A stretch of 64,000 bases of DNA from Candidatus Enterousia sp. (GTDB lineage Bacteria; Pseudomonadota; Alphaproteobacteria; Rs-D84), in NCBI GenBank assembly GCA_045546075.1, contig JAZQCF010000001.1, forward strand, positions 8,299 to 72,298. Direction: 5' to 3'. Numbering within the stretch: the stretch's first letter is position 1; every line of letters begins with the position of its first letter. Of this stretch, positions 38,815 to 47,720 are shown piece after piece. Under the pieces are notes generated by a model that had not been told where the DNA came from, ran no database searches, and worked only from the letters and a program-made list of their open reading frames with translations. Both the position numbers and the translations under genes were made by a program.

Positions 38815-39693
38815 ATGACAACTTATATTTTAATTGTGATGTGTGCGGTTATAATCGTGATGTTGGGCGCATTATTGATGCGGCCGGCTCAAATAGATAT
38901 GTCGGCCCTGCGTGAAGACAACACACGCCTGCGTGAAAGATTGGCAGAACGTTTGGGTGTGTTGGCACAAAACGCGAATGAATTAAAAAACATCAGCGCA
39001 GATATCGCAAATTTCAAAAACATCCTTATGGGCAATAAACAGGCGCGTGGCACATTTGGCGAACGTCAACTGGAAGATTTAATTGCAGACATTATGCCCC
39101 CCGAAACATATGCGTTTCAATCTGTTATGGAAACGGGTGTCCGACCCGATTGCATAATTCACCTGCCCTATCCGCCGGGCGATATGATTATCGACAGTAA
39201 ATTTCCATTGGAATCTTATTCCCGCATGCAAAGTGGCGACAACCCAGAATTGTACCGGAAACAGTTTGAATTAGATGTCCGCAAACACATAGATGCCATC
39301 GCCGAAAAATATATTATTCCCGGTAAAACCGCCGAAAGCGCGATGATGTTCATCGCAAGCGAATCAATATTTGAAACATTACACCGTGAATTTCCGGGCG
39401 CGGTTGAATACGCCGCGCGCAAAAAGGTCTTTATTGTTTCACCATCAACATTATGGGCGACATTGAATACGATTCGTGCGGTCTTGGCGGATATCAAGAT
39501 TAAACGTGTCGCGGGTCAAATCAAACGGGAATTGGATATGTTATTGACCGACCTTTCACGCCTTGCCGAACGCGCGACCAAGGTTTCACAGCACTTTAAT
39601 ATGGCACAGACCGACATAGAACAATTACAAACATCGGTAAATAAAATCACCCCCCGCGCAGAAAAATTAAAAGAACTGGATTTTGATAAATAG
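38815..39693 (+). CDS. rmuC: DNA recombination protein RmuC
   Basis: N-terminal TM helix, a coiled coil, then FGERQLEDL...PDCIIHLP...IIDSKFPLE...MFIASESIF. The track ORF start at 38566 overlaps def, so the start is set at ATG 38815. Confidence 0.88.
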   Translation: MTTYILIVMCAVIIVMLGALLMRPAQIDMSALREDNTRLRERLAERLGVLAQNANELKNISADIANFKNILMGNKQARGTFGERQLEDLIADIMPPETYAFQSVMETGVRPDCIIHLPYPPGDMIIDSKFPLESYSRMQSGDNPELYRKQFELDVRKHIDAIAEKYIIPGKTAESAMMFIASESIFETLHREFPGAVEYAARKKVFIVSPSTLWATLNTIRAVLADIKIKRVAGQIKRELDMLLTDLSRLAERATKVSQHFNMAQTDIEQLQTSVNKITPRAEKLKELDFDK

Positions 39694-39708
39694 TGATTAG
39701 TGGTCAGT

Positions 39709-39737
39709 AAAAAACGGTGCATATCGCACCGTTTTTT
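39709..39737. terminator. Bidirectional terminator between rmuC and the convergent exported-protein operon
   Basis: AAAAAA-CGGTGC-ATATC-GCACCG-TTTTTT. Confidence 0.8.
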
Positions 39738-39765
39738 GACTCGCCCACCTCAAAGAAAACATTAC

Positions 39766-40389
39766 CTAGAACCCTCTAACAGGAATCTCCAATATACATG
39801 CTTTAATTTCATCATTTTTATTTATATATTCATCAAACCCATATTTATAATTAATACTCTTATTTTCTAAATTTGAAACAAATTGAGCAAGCTCTTGACA
39901 CGTTGAAGCATTTATATTCTTGCAATAAGTTTTTGTATTATCATCTATACTGTAATCAAAAAAACCACCGTAAAGAATGCACGCTGTCCAATGCGGGCTA
40001 AACACCCCATACGATTCTGTTTCATTCCCATATGGAAACACTTTATAATAACCATTATAATTAACAGCCAACCACCCTTGTTCAAAACCATACCCATCGG
40101 CATACGACTCCAGAATACTAACATGTATATTATCGATGCCTAAATACTTTTTTATGAGCTTTTCACGTTTTATATTATCTTTCATATCACTATATTCAAA
40201 GAAATAATCACAGTAAGCATTTACTATTTCTCTATCATCAGATTTACACGGATTGATTGGCACACAACGTTGTGTCTTTTCCACCCAAACCAATTTATCT
40301 GGATGTTCTAAACAGGTTTCTTTTATTCCCGCATTTGCGGAACCGATTACGGCAACGCCCGCCAATACAGACAACAAAGTTTTTTTCAT
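39766..40389 (-). CDS. Exported hypothetical protein, AT-rich gene
   Basis: Signal peptide MKKTLLSVLAGVAVIGSANA/G and eight Cys in the mature part. I recognise no family. Confidence 0.5.
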   Translation of the reverse strand: MKKTLLSVLAGVAVIGSANAGIKETCLEHPDKLVWVEKTQRCVPINPCKSDDREIVNAYCDYFFEYSDMKDNIKREKLIKKYLGIDNIHVSILESYADGYGFEQGWLAVNYNGYYKVFPYGNETESYGVFSPHWTACILYGGFFDYSIDDNTKTYCKNINASTCQELAQFVSNLENKSINYKYGFDEYINKNDEIKACILEIPVRGF

Positions 40390-40401
40390 TTTTTCTCCTT
40401 T

Positions 40402-40818
40402 TTATTTTTTACATTCTTCTGGCGGTTCAATACCCAATTTTACAAATTCGTTACACGAAGATTCATCGCGTTGTTCTTGCGTTTGGGTATCTGCCACCGT
40501 GCCAGCCCCGCCGGAACCACCGCCGGCATATCCACCACCGCCCCGGCCTTTCAGTAATTTCTGTTTCTCGATTTCTTGTGCAAGTTTTATATTTCCAACA
40601 ACACCAACACCCGTCGCGGTCAGTGTCGATATTCCCGCAATCTTGAATCCGCGTGTGTTTTTCTCACACGCTTCTAAATCACTTTTCAATTTATCGCGTC
40701 GGGATATCAATTCATTTATTTGCGCGTCCAACTGCATATCTATATAATCAACCGTATCCGCATGGGCGGCACAAATCATTAGGCAACCGACAAAAATTAT
40801 GATTTTATTTAATTTCAT
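40402..40818 (-). CDS. Exported coiled-coil / Gly-zipper protein (paralog 1)
   Basis: Signal peptide (…MICAAHA/D), a heptad-like stretch ending in Cys (LKSDLEACEKN), the hydrophobic Gly/Thr/Ala segment AGISTLTATGVGVVGNI, then a Lys-rich and poly-Gly tail. Confidence 0.5.
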   Translation of the reverse strand: MKLNKIIIFVGCLMICAAHADTVDYIDMQLDAQINELISRRDKLKSDLEACEKNTRGFKIAGISTLTATGVGVVGNIKLAQEIEKQKLLKGRGGGGYAGGGSGGAGTVADTQTQEQRDESSCNEFVKLGIEPPEECKK

Positions 40819-41131
40819 CTTTCTTGTCCGTTGTTGTTGGTTTTTCGGTTTTGCCGGCTGATTCGTTTTCTTTCTTCAATTTATTTAACTTTACGCCCTG
40901 CACTATCGCCGCAGTGCCGGTCGCAACCGTGCCCGCCGCACCAACCCATGTCGCAGTGCGCCAATTTTTATTCTTGCGGGTACATTCGCCCAGTTTGATT
41001 TCTAATTCGCTGATTTCTCGTTTAAGGGATGCGATTTGCATTTGGCGGGATGTATCAATCATCATCTCGTCCGCGTATGCAAACGACACAGAAAGTAATA
41101 TAAATAAAAACGCCCCCAAATGTTTGCTCAT
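40805..41131 (-). CDS. Exported coiled-coil / Gly-zipper protein (paralog 2)
   Basis: Start at MSKHLGAFLFILLSVSFAYA/D. It has the same layout as paralog 1 (ISELEIKLGECTRKN; TATWVGAAGTVATGTAAIVQGV; Lys-rich tail). Confidence 0.5.
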   Translation of the reverse strand: MSKHLGAFLFILLSVSFAYADEMMIDTSRQMQIASLKREISELEIKLGECTRKNKNWRTATWVGAAGTVATGTAAIVQGVKLNKLKKENESAGKTEKPTTTDKKDEIK

Positions 41132-41196
41132 TTTTTTCTCACTACCCCACCGGCTTCGCCGGTCCCCCATTCACAATGTGAAGGGGAACAAAAAAA

Positions 41197-41340
41197 CCAC
41201 TTAATATTTCAAGTGGTTGGAGGTTGAAGACTATGTTCTAAGAAAATAGTGGGCTTATTCTATATATTCACCGCCCTCCAACCACACTTTGGTTGGAGGA
41301 GTTTTATGTCCCCACGGACACTTAGAACCAGGGGTCTTCA
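41197..41340. other. Nested inverted-repeat structure (candidate structured RNA or MITE remnant)
   Basis: CCACTT-8 nt-AAGTGG (41197-41216). GGTTGGAGG occurs twice (41215, 41291) against one CCTCCAACC (41275). A long-range helix pairs TGAAGAC..GTTCTAAG (41225-41242) with CTTAGAAC..GTCTTCA (41321-41340). Confidence 0.4.
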
Positions 41341-41401
41341 CACCCCATCGGCGGAACACCCACCGACACAGGCATTATATCATAAATACACAGAAAAAGA
41401 A

Positions 41402-41529
41402 AATAAAAAACACGGGTGCGACTGCACCCGTACTAACCCTTGCCCCACGAAGCCTTGGCGAAGTGGGGACTAATCACTTACACCCGTCGCGGCCGCGGCA
41501 CCAAAGGTGCCGGGACGGACTAACCACTA
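41402..41529 (-). repeat. Three tandem TTAGT + GC-rich hairpin units downstream of the HAD gene; the last is a rho-independent terminator
   Basis: The minus strand reads TAGTGGTTAGTCC then hairpin (41484-41518), GTGATTAGTCC then hairpin CCCCAC..GTGGGG (41443-41468), and GGTTAGTAC then ACGGGTGC-AGTC-GCACCCGT + TTTTTT (41402-41431). Confidence 0.65.
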
Positions 41530-42129
41530 TCGTGGCAATCCGGTTTTGGGGTTTATCCAAATTTGTTGGTCGGCGATTTCCATCATTGGTAAATCGCTTT
41601 TGCTGTCCGAATATGCGCGGATAACATTTGGTATAAATTTATGTTCGCGCGCCCACGCGTCCATCATCACAACTTTATTTTTACCCCAACAAAATGCTTT
41701 ATATTTCCACGGCTGCGCCGAATCCATTTGCGAACAGATTACCGCATCGAACCGCATATCAACCACCAATTTTGGAATCAAATAATCCGGTGAAGCACTT
41801 AACAACACAACCATATTTCCGCGTGCGCGTTCATCGGCAACTTTGTCCGCCGCCCAACCGAATCGGTTTCGAATATGCGATTTTATAAAGTCCGGCGCGA
41901 ATCGCGTAACCATATCACGCGTTATAAAACGGCGAATATTTTGCCGCCACCAAAGCCCGCCCGGGTTAAATATGCGCACAATAAAACAAACAGCAATTAA
42001 CGGCAAAAACAACCACGGCCGAATCGAATGTCGAAAACAGTAACGCCCGAACGCCATATTCGAATCGGGCCAAGACAATGTTCCATCAAAATCGAATAAC
42101 ACAACATTAACACGCTTTAACATTTTCAT
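41527..42129 (-). CDS. HAD-IB family hydrolase/phosphatase
   Basis: VVLFDFDGTLS (motif I), and SASPD and SDSKSDLPMM resemble motifs II and IV. Confidence 0.65.
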   Translation of the reverse strand: MKMLKRVNVVLFDFDGTLSWPDSNMAFGRYCFRHSIRPWLFLPLIAVCFIVRIFNPGGLWWRQNIRRFITRDMVTRFAPDFIKSHIRNRFGWAADKVADERARGNMVVLLSASPDYLIPKLVVDMRFDAVICSQMDSAQPWKYKAFCWGKNKVVMMDAWAREHKFIPNVIRAYSDSKSDLPMMEIADQQIWINPKTGLPR

Positions 42130-42173
42130 CCTTTTTTATTCACCGCATTATATACATATAAATAAATATATCA

Positions 42174-42197
42174 AACAAAAACGGGGCCACGCCCCGT
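42174..42197 (-). terminator. Rho-independent terminator of the RND operon
   Basis: On the minus strand: ACGGGGC-GTG-GCCCCGT followed by TTTTGTTTG. Confidence 0.65.
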
Positions 42198-42200
42198 ATA

Positions 42201-45200
42201 TTATTTACGATTTTTTAATTTTTGGCGCAACCGTTCCAACGCAAAGAACAACGCCGGTGTCAAAGTAAATGTCCATATCAATGATGCCAACATACCACCA
42301 ATCATAACCGCCGCCATCGCAGATTTCATACCATCGGCACTCCACAGTTGCGGCAACATACCCGCCATAACCGCGATAGAAGTCATCAACACCATATTCT
42401 TTTTTGCGTTTAATTCGGTCCACAGTGCGACTTTCAGGTTTTGCCCACGTCTTATGCGCGCGATTGTTGGTTCCAACACCAAAATATTATTATTCACAAC
42501 CAAACCAACCAACATAACAAATGCCAACATCGCACCAACGTTTGTCGATGCCCCCGACAAGAACAGCAATATAAACACACCGGCAAAACTGGTTATAATA
42601 GATGTCGCAATCGTGAACGGGTGAATCAGTGAATTCAAAATAGCCGCCAACAACATAAATGTCAAAATTGTCGCCAACAAAAATGCCTGACCTATTTCAC
42701 CGGTTGTTTCGCTTTGAATTTCTGCCATACCACCAAATTCATAACTGTATCCGGCATCCCATTTAATCCGGTCCAATTCTTTAACAATTTTTTGTTGGAC
42801 GGGACCACTGGTTGACTTACCGATATTGATATCGATTTCGGTTACGCGGTTTTTATCCAACCGACGAATATCCGGTGTCGCCGGCACGCGTTTAATTTCA
42901 CCCAAATCCGCAATGGCAACCATACCTTTTTGTGAATTCAGCAACACATTATTAAACAAAGACGCGTCTTGGAAGGGCCGTGCGAATTCCAATATAATCG
43001 GGTATTCTTCGCCGTTTTCTTTGTATTTATATGTATCGTTTCCATACAGCGCCGTTCGCAACGCCCCGCCTGCATAAGAATTTTTTATTCCCCAAAAATC
43101 CATTTTATCGGCATCGGGCATAAACCGTATTTCATCACCCGGCGTTTGTTGGGCAAGTACCGCCGTTTGAACCTCTGGAATATTATTTATCGCGTTTAAT
43201 GCCCGTAACGCATATTCTTGACGTTTTGCGTCATCTTCACCAAATATATTCAAAACAATATCGGCCGATATGACACTGGATACCCCCTCGCCCGCGCGGA
43301 CCTGGATTTCCGCATCTGGAATTTTATGCAGTTCCGGCAACATCAATCGTGCGATTTCCTTATCACTGTGCCGGCGGTCTGATTTTTCCACCAATTTTAT
43401 TTTCACCGCAATGTTTTGCAGACCACGTTCACCGATTTTAACAGATGTTGATTTTACATCTGGAAAATTTGCCAAAGTATTTTCTATTTTTGTGGCAATG
43501 TCCCTGGATTTTTCATATGTTGCCCCCATTGGCGCACGTGCGGTAATATTTATCTCGTTCGCATCGGTTGCAGGACTAAATTCATTTCCGGTGAATCGCA
43601 TTAAAAACGCCGACGCAATCAGTACCCCAACCGCCATCAAAATAACGCGACCCGAATGTTTATATTGATATGCAAACCATTTTTCCATTGGGGAACGTTT
43701 TGCCATATTGATTGATATGTGTCGCATCCGCGGCAGACGTAAAATCTTGGCAATCATCATTGGTGCCAACGTGAACGAGAATATCAGCGACAGCACCGTC
43801 AAATAAACAACCGTCATACCAAATTGCAACATAAATTTACCGGCAATTCCGCCCATAAACGCCAACGGCAAGAACACCACAACGTTCGTTCCAACGCCGG
43901 CGAACACAGAAACCGCAACCTTTTTGGTTCCGTCCAACGCGGCGGCCTCGGGGTCTTTGCCGCTGCGCATTTCTTGCAGTGCGGCCTCAATCAAAATAAT
44001 CGCATTTGACACCAACGTTCCCAATGCCGACGAATACGCCAACAAAGTCATCGCGTTTATTGTAAAACCACTGGCATCCACAAAGAAGAAACCTGCAATC
44101 AAAGATGCCGGTATCACAACACCTGCGATAATTGTTGAACGCCAATTTCTTGTAAATACCAACAACACAATTATTGTCAACACAACACCAAGCACTATTC
44201 CGTTAATTGTACTGGACGTTTCATTTGAAACAACAACAGATGAATCAGATATTATTTCCATTTGTGCATCCGGGAACCGCGATTTCAAATCGCGTGTAAA
44301 ATTCGGCAATTCTTTGTTTAACGCGCGCGATATTTTTATTGCATTTCCATCTGTTGCCTTGATAACCGATGCGATAACAACATCTTGGCCATTAAATCGT
44401 GCACCGTTTTCAATATCACGCGCAGAATCTGTCACACTCGCAATATCTGCAACGCGGAACTTTTGTCCTTCGGCGGTTGTGATATGCAGATTTCCAATCG
44501 CATCAACCGATTCGAATTCGCCGATAAATCGCACACTGGACGAATCTGCGCCCGCCTCTATCTTGCCGCCGGGCACGTTCATATTACTGGCCCCAAATGC
44601 GGAAACAACATCCATAATCGTAACACCGTGTGCCGCCATAGATTCCGGATTTAACGCCACACGAATCGCGCGTTCTTCGCCACCGAAAACCGATACACTG
44701 GCAACACCATTAATACCTGTTATTTTGTTTGCCAATGTGTTATCTGCATATTCCTTCAAATCACGTAAAGACGCGCCCGATAACGCAATATCGACCACAG
44801 ATGTTTGTAAAGGATTTAATTTTTCAATAACAGGCTGTTTCAAATCGGTTGGGAATTCCGATGCCAAAGCATCAATTTTAGATTTAACTTCACTGGCCTT
44901 GTCATTAACGTTTACACCCAAATTAAATTCCGCCATAACATATCCACCGTTCTCGAATGCCTGGGACGTTAATTTCTTTAATTCCGGCACTTGGGACATT
45001 GCGTCTTCGGCTTTTTTAATAACCTGGGATTCTATTTCGGCGGGTGCGGCACCGGGGTACACAAATGTCGCAGTTACCATTGGAAAATCCAACGCCGGTG
45101 TGCGCTCTATATTCATTTTGGGGAAAGAAACCAACCCCAACACCACCCACAGCAAAACAAACATAACTGTTGTAACAGGCCGCTTGACAAAGAACTTTAA

Positions 45201-45203
45201 CAT
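42201..45203 (-). CDS. RND (AcrB/HAE-type) efflux permease
   Basis: 1000 aa with 12 TM helices and two large periplasmic loops. The N-terminus MLKFFVKRPVTTVMFVLLWVVLGLVSF is typical of the AcrB family. Confidence 0.92.
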   Translation of the reverse strand: MLKFFVKRPVTTVMFVLLWVVLGLVSFPKMNIERTPALDFPMVTATFVYPGAAPAEIESQVIKKAEDAMSQVPELKKLTSQAFENGGYVMAEFNLGVNVNDKASEVKSKIDALASEFPTDLKQPVIEKLNPLQTSVVDIALSGASLRDLKEYADNTLANKITGINGVASVSVFGGEERAIRVALNPESMAAHGVTIMDVVSAFGASNMNVPGGKIEAGADSSSVRFIGEFESVDAIGNLHITTAEGQKFRVADIASVTDSARDIENGARFNGQDVVIASVIKATDGNAIKISRALNKELPNFTRDLKSRFPDAQMEIISDSSVVVSNETSSTINGIVLGVVLTIIVLLVFTRNWRSTIIAGVVIPASLIAGFFFVDASGFTINAMTLLAYSSALGTLVSNAIILIEAALQEMRSGKDPEAAALDGTKKVAVSVFAGVGTNVVVFLPLAFMGGIAGKFMLQFGMTVVYLTVLSLIFSFTLAPMMIAKILRLPRMRHISINMAKRSPMEKWFAYQYKHSGRVILMAVGVLIASAFLMRFTGNEFSPATDANEINITARAPMGATYEKSRDIATKIENTLANFPDVKSTSVKIGERGLQNIAVKIKLVEKSDRRHSDKEIARLMLPELHKIPDAEIQVRAGEGVSSVISADIVLNIFGEDDAKRQEYALRALNAINNIPEVQTAVLAQQTPGDEIRFMPDADKMDFWGIKNSYAGGALRTALYGNDTYKYKENGEEYPIILEFARPFQDASLFNNVLLNSQKGMVAIADLGEIKRVPATPDIRRLDKNRVTEIDINIGKSTSGPVQQKIVKELDRIKWDAGYSYEFGGMAEIQSETTGEIGQAFLLATILTFMLLAAILNSLIHPFTIATSIITSFAGVFILLFLSGASTNVGAMLAFVMLVGLVVNNNILVLEPTIARIRRGQNLKVALWTELNAKKNMVLMTSIAVMAGMLPQLWSADGMKSAMAAVMIGGMLASLIWTFTLTPALFFALERLRQKLKNRK

Positions 45204-45220
45204 AATAAATCCCCCAAAAA

Positions 45221-45817
45221 TTATTTACTGACTTTTTGATTATTTGAAACCTTGGACAAAATCACGATGTCCCCATCGTTTATTCCACCCGATATGCACG
45301 CGATGCCTGAATCTTGGGCCGCAACATTAACATTTTGCGAAACCGCAATTCCCGATTTTTCAATCATAACGACACCGTCACGCACGGCATAGACCGGCAC
45401 AAAATAACCGTTGCACGGAATTTGAACATTGTTTACCCCATCGGTTGCGCCACGCGTTTGCACAACATACATTCCCGAATCTAAATCCAACGTTCCCGAC
45501 ACAGATACTATCGTTCCACCACCGGAAATATTCTGTCCCGCGCGCAATTTTGCACGTGCGCGCCCCGAAACATAGGCACGATTATTTTTTATTGCGATTG
45601 GGAAATCTATTGTTCCAGTTTTTTTATTTACAACAATCGTTTCCACAATGGTCCCATTTTTATTCGCATCACGCACAGGATTAAACACAACCATACGTGA
45701 TTCAATCGCGACCATAACAAACCGATATATAAACCACGCAATCAAAGCCACTAAAACCGCCGTATAGACGTTTTTCTTGACCTTTTTATCATCAAATTTT
45801 CGTCCAAATATTCTCAT
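45221..45817 (-). CDS. Short membrane-anchored periplasmic adaptor (MFP-like, beta-barrel only)
   Basis: It sits between tolC and the RND gene. It has an N-terminal TM anchor and beta-rich segments with the MFP C-terminal pattern (FVPVYAVRDGVVMIEKSGIA...GINDGDIVI), but only 198 aa and no coiled-coil hairpin region. Confidence 0.55.
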   Translation of the reverse strand: MRIFGRKFDDKKVKKNVYTAVLVALIAWFIYRFVMVAIESRMVVFNPVRDANKNGTIVETIVVNKKTGTIDFPIAIKNNRAYVSGRARAKLRAGQNISGGGTIVSVSGTLDLDSGMYVVQTRGATDGVNNVQIPCNGYFVPVYAVRDGVVMIEKSGIAVSQNVNVAAQDSGIACISGGINDGDIVILSKVSNNQKVSK

Positions 45818-45818
45818 A

Positions 45819-47138
45819 CTATTCCCCTAACTTTTTCACCGATTCCGCCGACATTAAAATCTTGTATTTCGCGTTCAGCAACGCCATATCTAATTGATAC
45901 AAACCCGCCGAAACATCCGCCAATTCAACAGCCGATGTTTGACCCGCGGCAAATCGATCACGTGAAAAACCATACGCCCGCGCCGCCAAATCCCGCGCAT
46001 TTTTCAATCCACCAAGGTTTTCGCGCAGATGATTGTATTGCTTGATTGCATTGGAATATTTTTCCGTTGTTAATTTTCTAGACTTGTCTAAATCTTGGCG
46101 TGCGGCCTCGGCATTCATGGCATCAACCGTGGCATTCGCGCGATTTAGACCGCCACTGAAAATAGGAACCTTTAATGCCAACCCCCAATATGCCGATTGT
46201 GATGCGTTATCATTAAACATATTCTTGAAACTTTTATCCATCGTAGAATAGTTATATGACCCAACCGCCGCCAACGTTGGATAACCGTTTGCACGTTTAG
46301 ATGATGCCTGGGCCTCGTACATCTTGACCTGTTGGTCCAACACCATCCATTCCGGAGTATTGGTCAATTTTTTATTTGCCATTTCCGGAAATTCATCCGG
46401 GAATTCATCAGTCAGGTTTAATTCTTCATCAACATCGATTCCCGCCAATATTTTTAACATACGATGTGCGGTATCCCGATTAAATTCTGCATCACTAAGG
46501 TTAATTTCTTTGGTTGCAATATCGGATTCAATTTTAACCAGGTTTGACCTGTTTGCGCGCCCGGCCACCGCTATATTCCGTTTCGCCTCTTTTGCATAAT
46601 CCAAATCCTGCTTAGATATTTTGACGATTTCATCGGTCATTTTTGCGGTCCAATACATATCGGCGGCGGCATATTTAACCTCGCGCATAACCATCTCTTT
46701 ACTGTATTCGCCCATTTTAATTGCGCTGCGCACGCTGTCCACCGCGTTACCAATTTTTCCAAACGTATAAATCGGCTGTGTAATCGTAACACCCGCCATA
46801 AAGATATTATCTGGAATTTCAATATTATTTATACCGGCCAACTGGGGCACCAATCCACCAATTTCCGGCGGCAGTTTTACATTATACGAATCCAGTGGTT
46901 TTTCCACATTTACCAAATTCATATATGTCGCCGACCCTTCAATACTGAACCACCGATTGGAATTCGCCACATCCAACGATGCCTGGGCCTTTTTCAGGTT
47001 TGCATCGGCCTTTTTCAAATCATTCGATTCGGCAACAATTTTTTGCACCGCATCGTTCAAAGACAAATCCATCGCATACCCGTCTATGCCGCAAAATCCG
47101 GCGTATAGCGCAAAACCAAATACAATACATTTACGCAT
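45819..47138 (-). CDS. TolC family outer membrane efflux protein
   Basis: Signal peptide, tandem OEP repeats, and an N-terminus LSLNDAVQKIVAESNDLKKADANLKKAQASLD typical of TolC. Confidence 0.85.
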   Translation of the reverse strand: MRKCIVFGFALYAGFCGIDGYAMDLSLNDAVQKIVAESNDLKKADANLKKAQASLDVANSNRWFSIEGSATYMNLVNVEKPLDSYNVKLPPEIGGLVPQLAGINNIEIPDNIFMAGVTITQPIYTFGKIGNAVDSVRSAIKMGEYSKEMVMREVKYAAADMYWTAKMTDEIVKISKQDLDYAKEAKRNIAVAGRANRSNLVKIESDIATKEINLSDAEFNRDTAHRMLKILAGIDVDEELNLTDEFPDEFPEMANKKLTNTPEWMVLDQQVKMYEAQASSKRANGYPTLAAVGSYNYSTMDKSFKNMFNDNASQSAYWGLALKVPIFSGGLNRANATVDAMNAEAARQDLDKSRKLTTEKYSNAIKQYNHLRENLGGLKNARDLAARAYGFSRDRFAAGQTSAVELADVSAGLYQLDMALLNAKYKILMSAESVKKLGE

Positions 47139-47580
47139 TTTTTGACTCCATCTTCATCAAAATACCGTTCATTGTTTTGAAAGATTTTATTAATTCTTCT
47201 TCATCATTTTTATCAATATCTTTGAATATTGTTGCAATCGCCTGATGAAACATTTCTATAAATTTTACTGCAACACGGGCACCGTGTTCCGTAACCGAAT
47301 ACCAGGTATTACGCCGGTCATTTTCATCCACCATACGCAGAACCAAACCGTCACGTTCCATTTTACGAAACGCAGCACATAAATTCGGTGCCGGCAAAAA
47401 TTCCCGCGCCGCCAAATCCTTTAACCGCACGCGCCCGCCCAAATACAGACGAATTAAAAATTGCGCCTGTTGACGGGAATATTCACCAAAATTCACCAAA
47501 TCCCGGTTAATACGTTCAGACAATTTTGCAAACAGCAAAATATTTTTTTCTAACAAACTAACCAATTCTTTACGAACCAT
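47131..47580 (-). CDS. MarR family transcriptional regulator
   Basis: Winged helix (QAQFLIRLYLGGRVRLKDLAAREFLPAPNLCAAFRKMERDGLVLR). It is the first gene of the efflux operon, with an 8-nt overlap with tolC. Confidence 0.85.
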   Translation of the reverse strand: MVRKELVSLLEKNILLFAKLSERINRDLVNFGEYSRQQAQFLIRLYLGGRVRLKDLAAREFLPAPNLCAAFRKMERDGLVLRMVDENDRRNTWYSVTEHGARVAVKFIEMFHQAIATIFKDIDKNDEEELIKSFKTMNGILMKMESKNA

Positions 47581-47680
47581 ATCGGCCCCCTTTTTGTGAA
47601 CTTTTTATTAAAAGCGACAATTATTATAATTTTTAATAATTATAAATCAAGTGCAAAAAATGAAAAAATTCATTTTATTA

Positions 47681-47708
47681 TTGAAAAAGCCGGAAAAACA
47701 TATATAAT
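47681..47708 (+). promoter_or_regulatory. Candidate sigma70 promoter of tRNA-Gln (TTGAAA-16 nt-TATAAT)
   Basis: Consensus-like hexamers. The -10 element ends 12 nt before tRNA position 1. Confidence 0.5.
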
Positions 47709-47720
47709 TCAAATCACTTT

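Noticed and set aside
41145-41468. CCCCAC...CTTCGCC strings at 41145-41168 (+) and 41443-41468 (-) as terminal inverted repeats of a ~320-bp MITE
   Set aside because: On closer alignment only ~12 nt are shared and the internal order differs. That is too weak to call TIRs without genome-wide copies.
41249-41624. 74-aa and 111-aa plus-strand ORFs in the spacer and into the HAD gene
   Set aside because: They run through hairpin and repeat sequence and antisense to the HAD gene. They have no SD or coding-like composition.
43924-45231. 435-aa ORF on the plus strand
   Set aside because: It is antisense to the RND permease gene, so it is a shadow ORF with no motifs.
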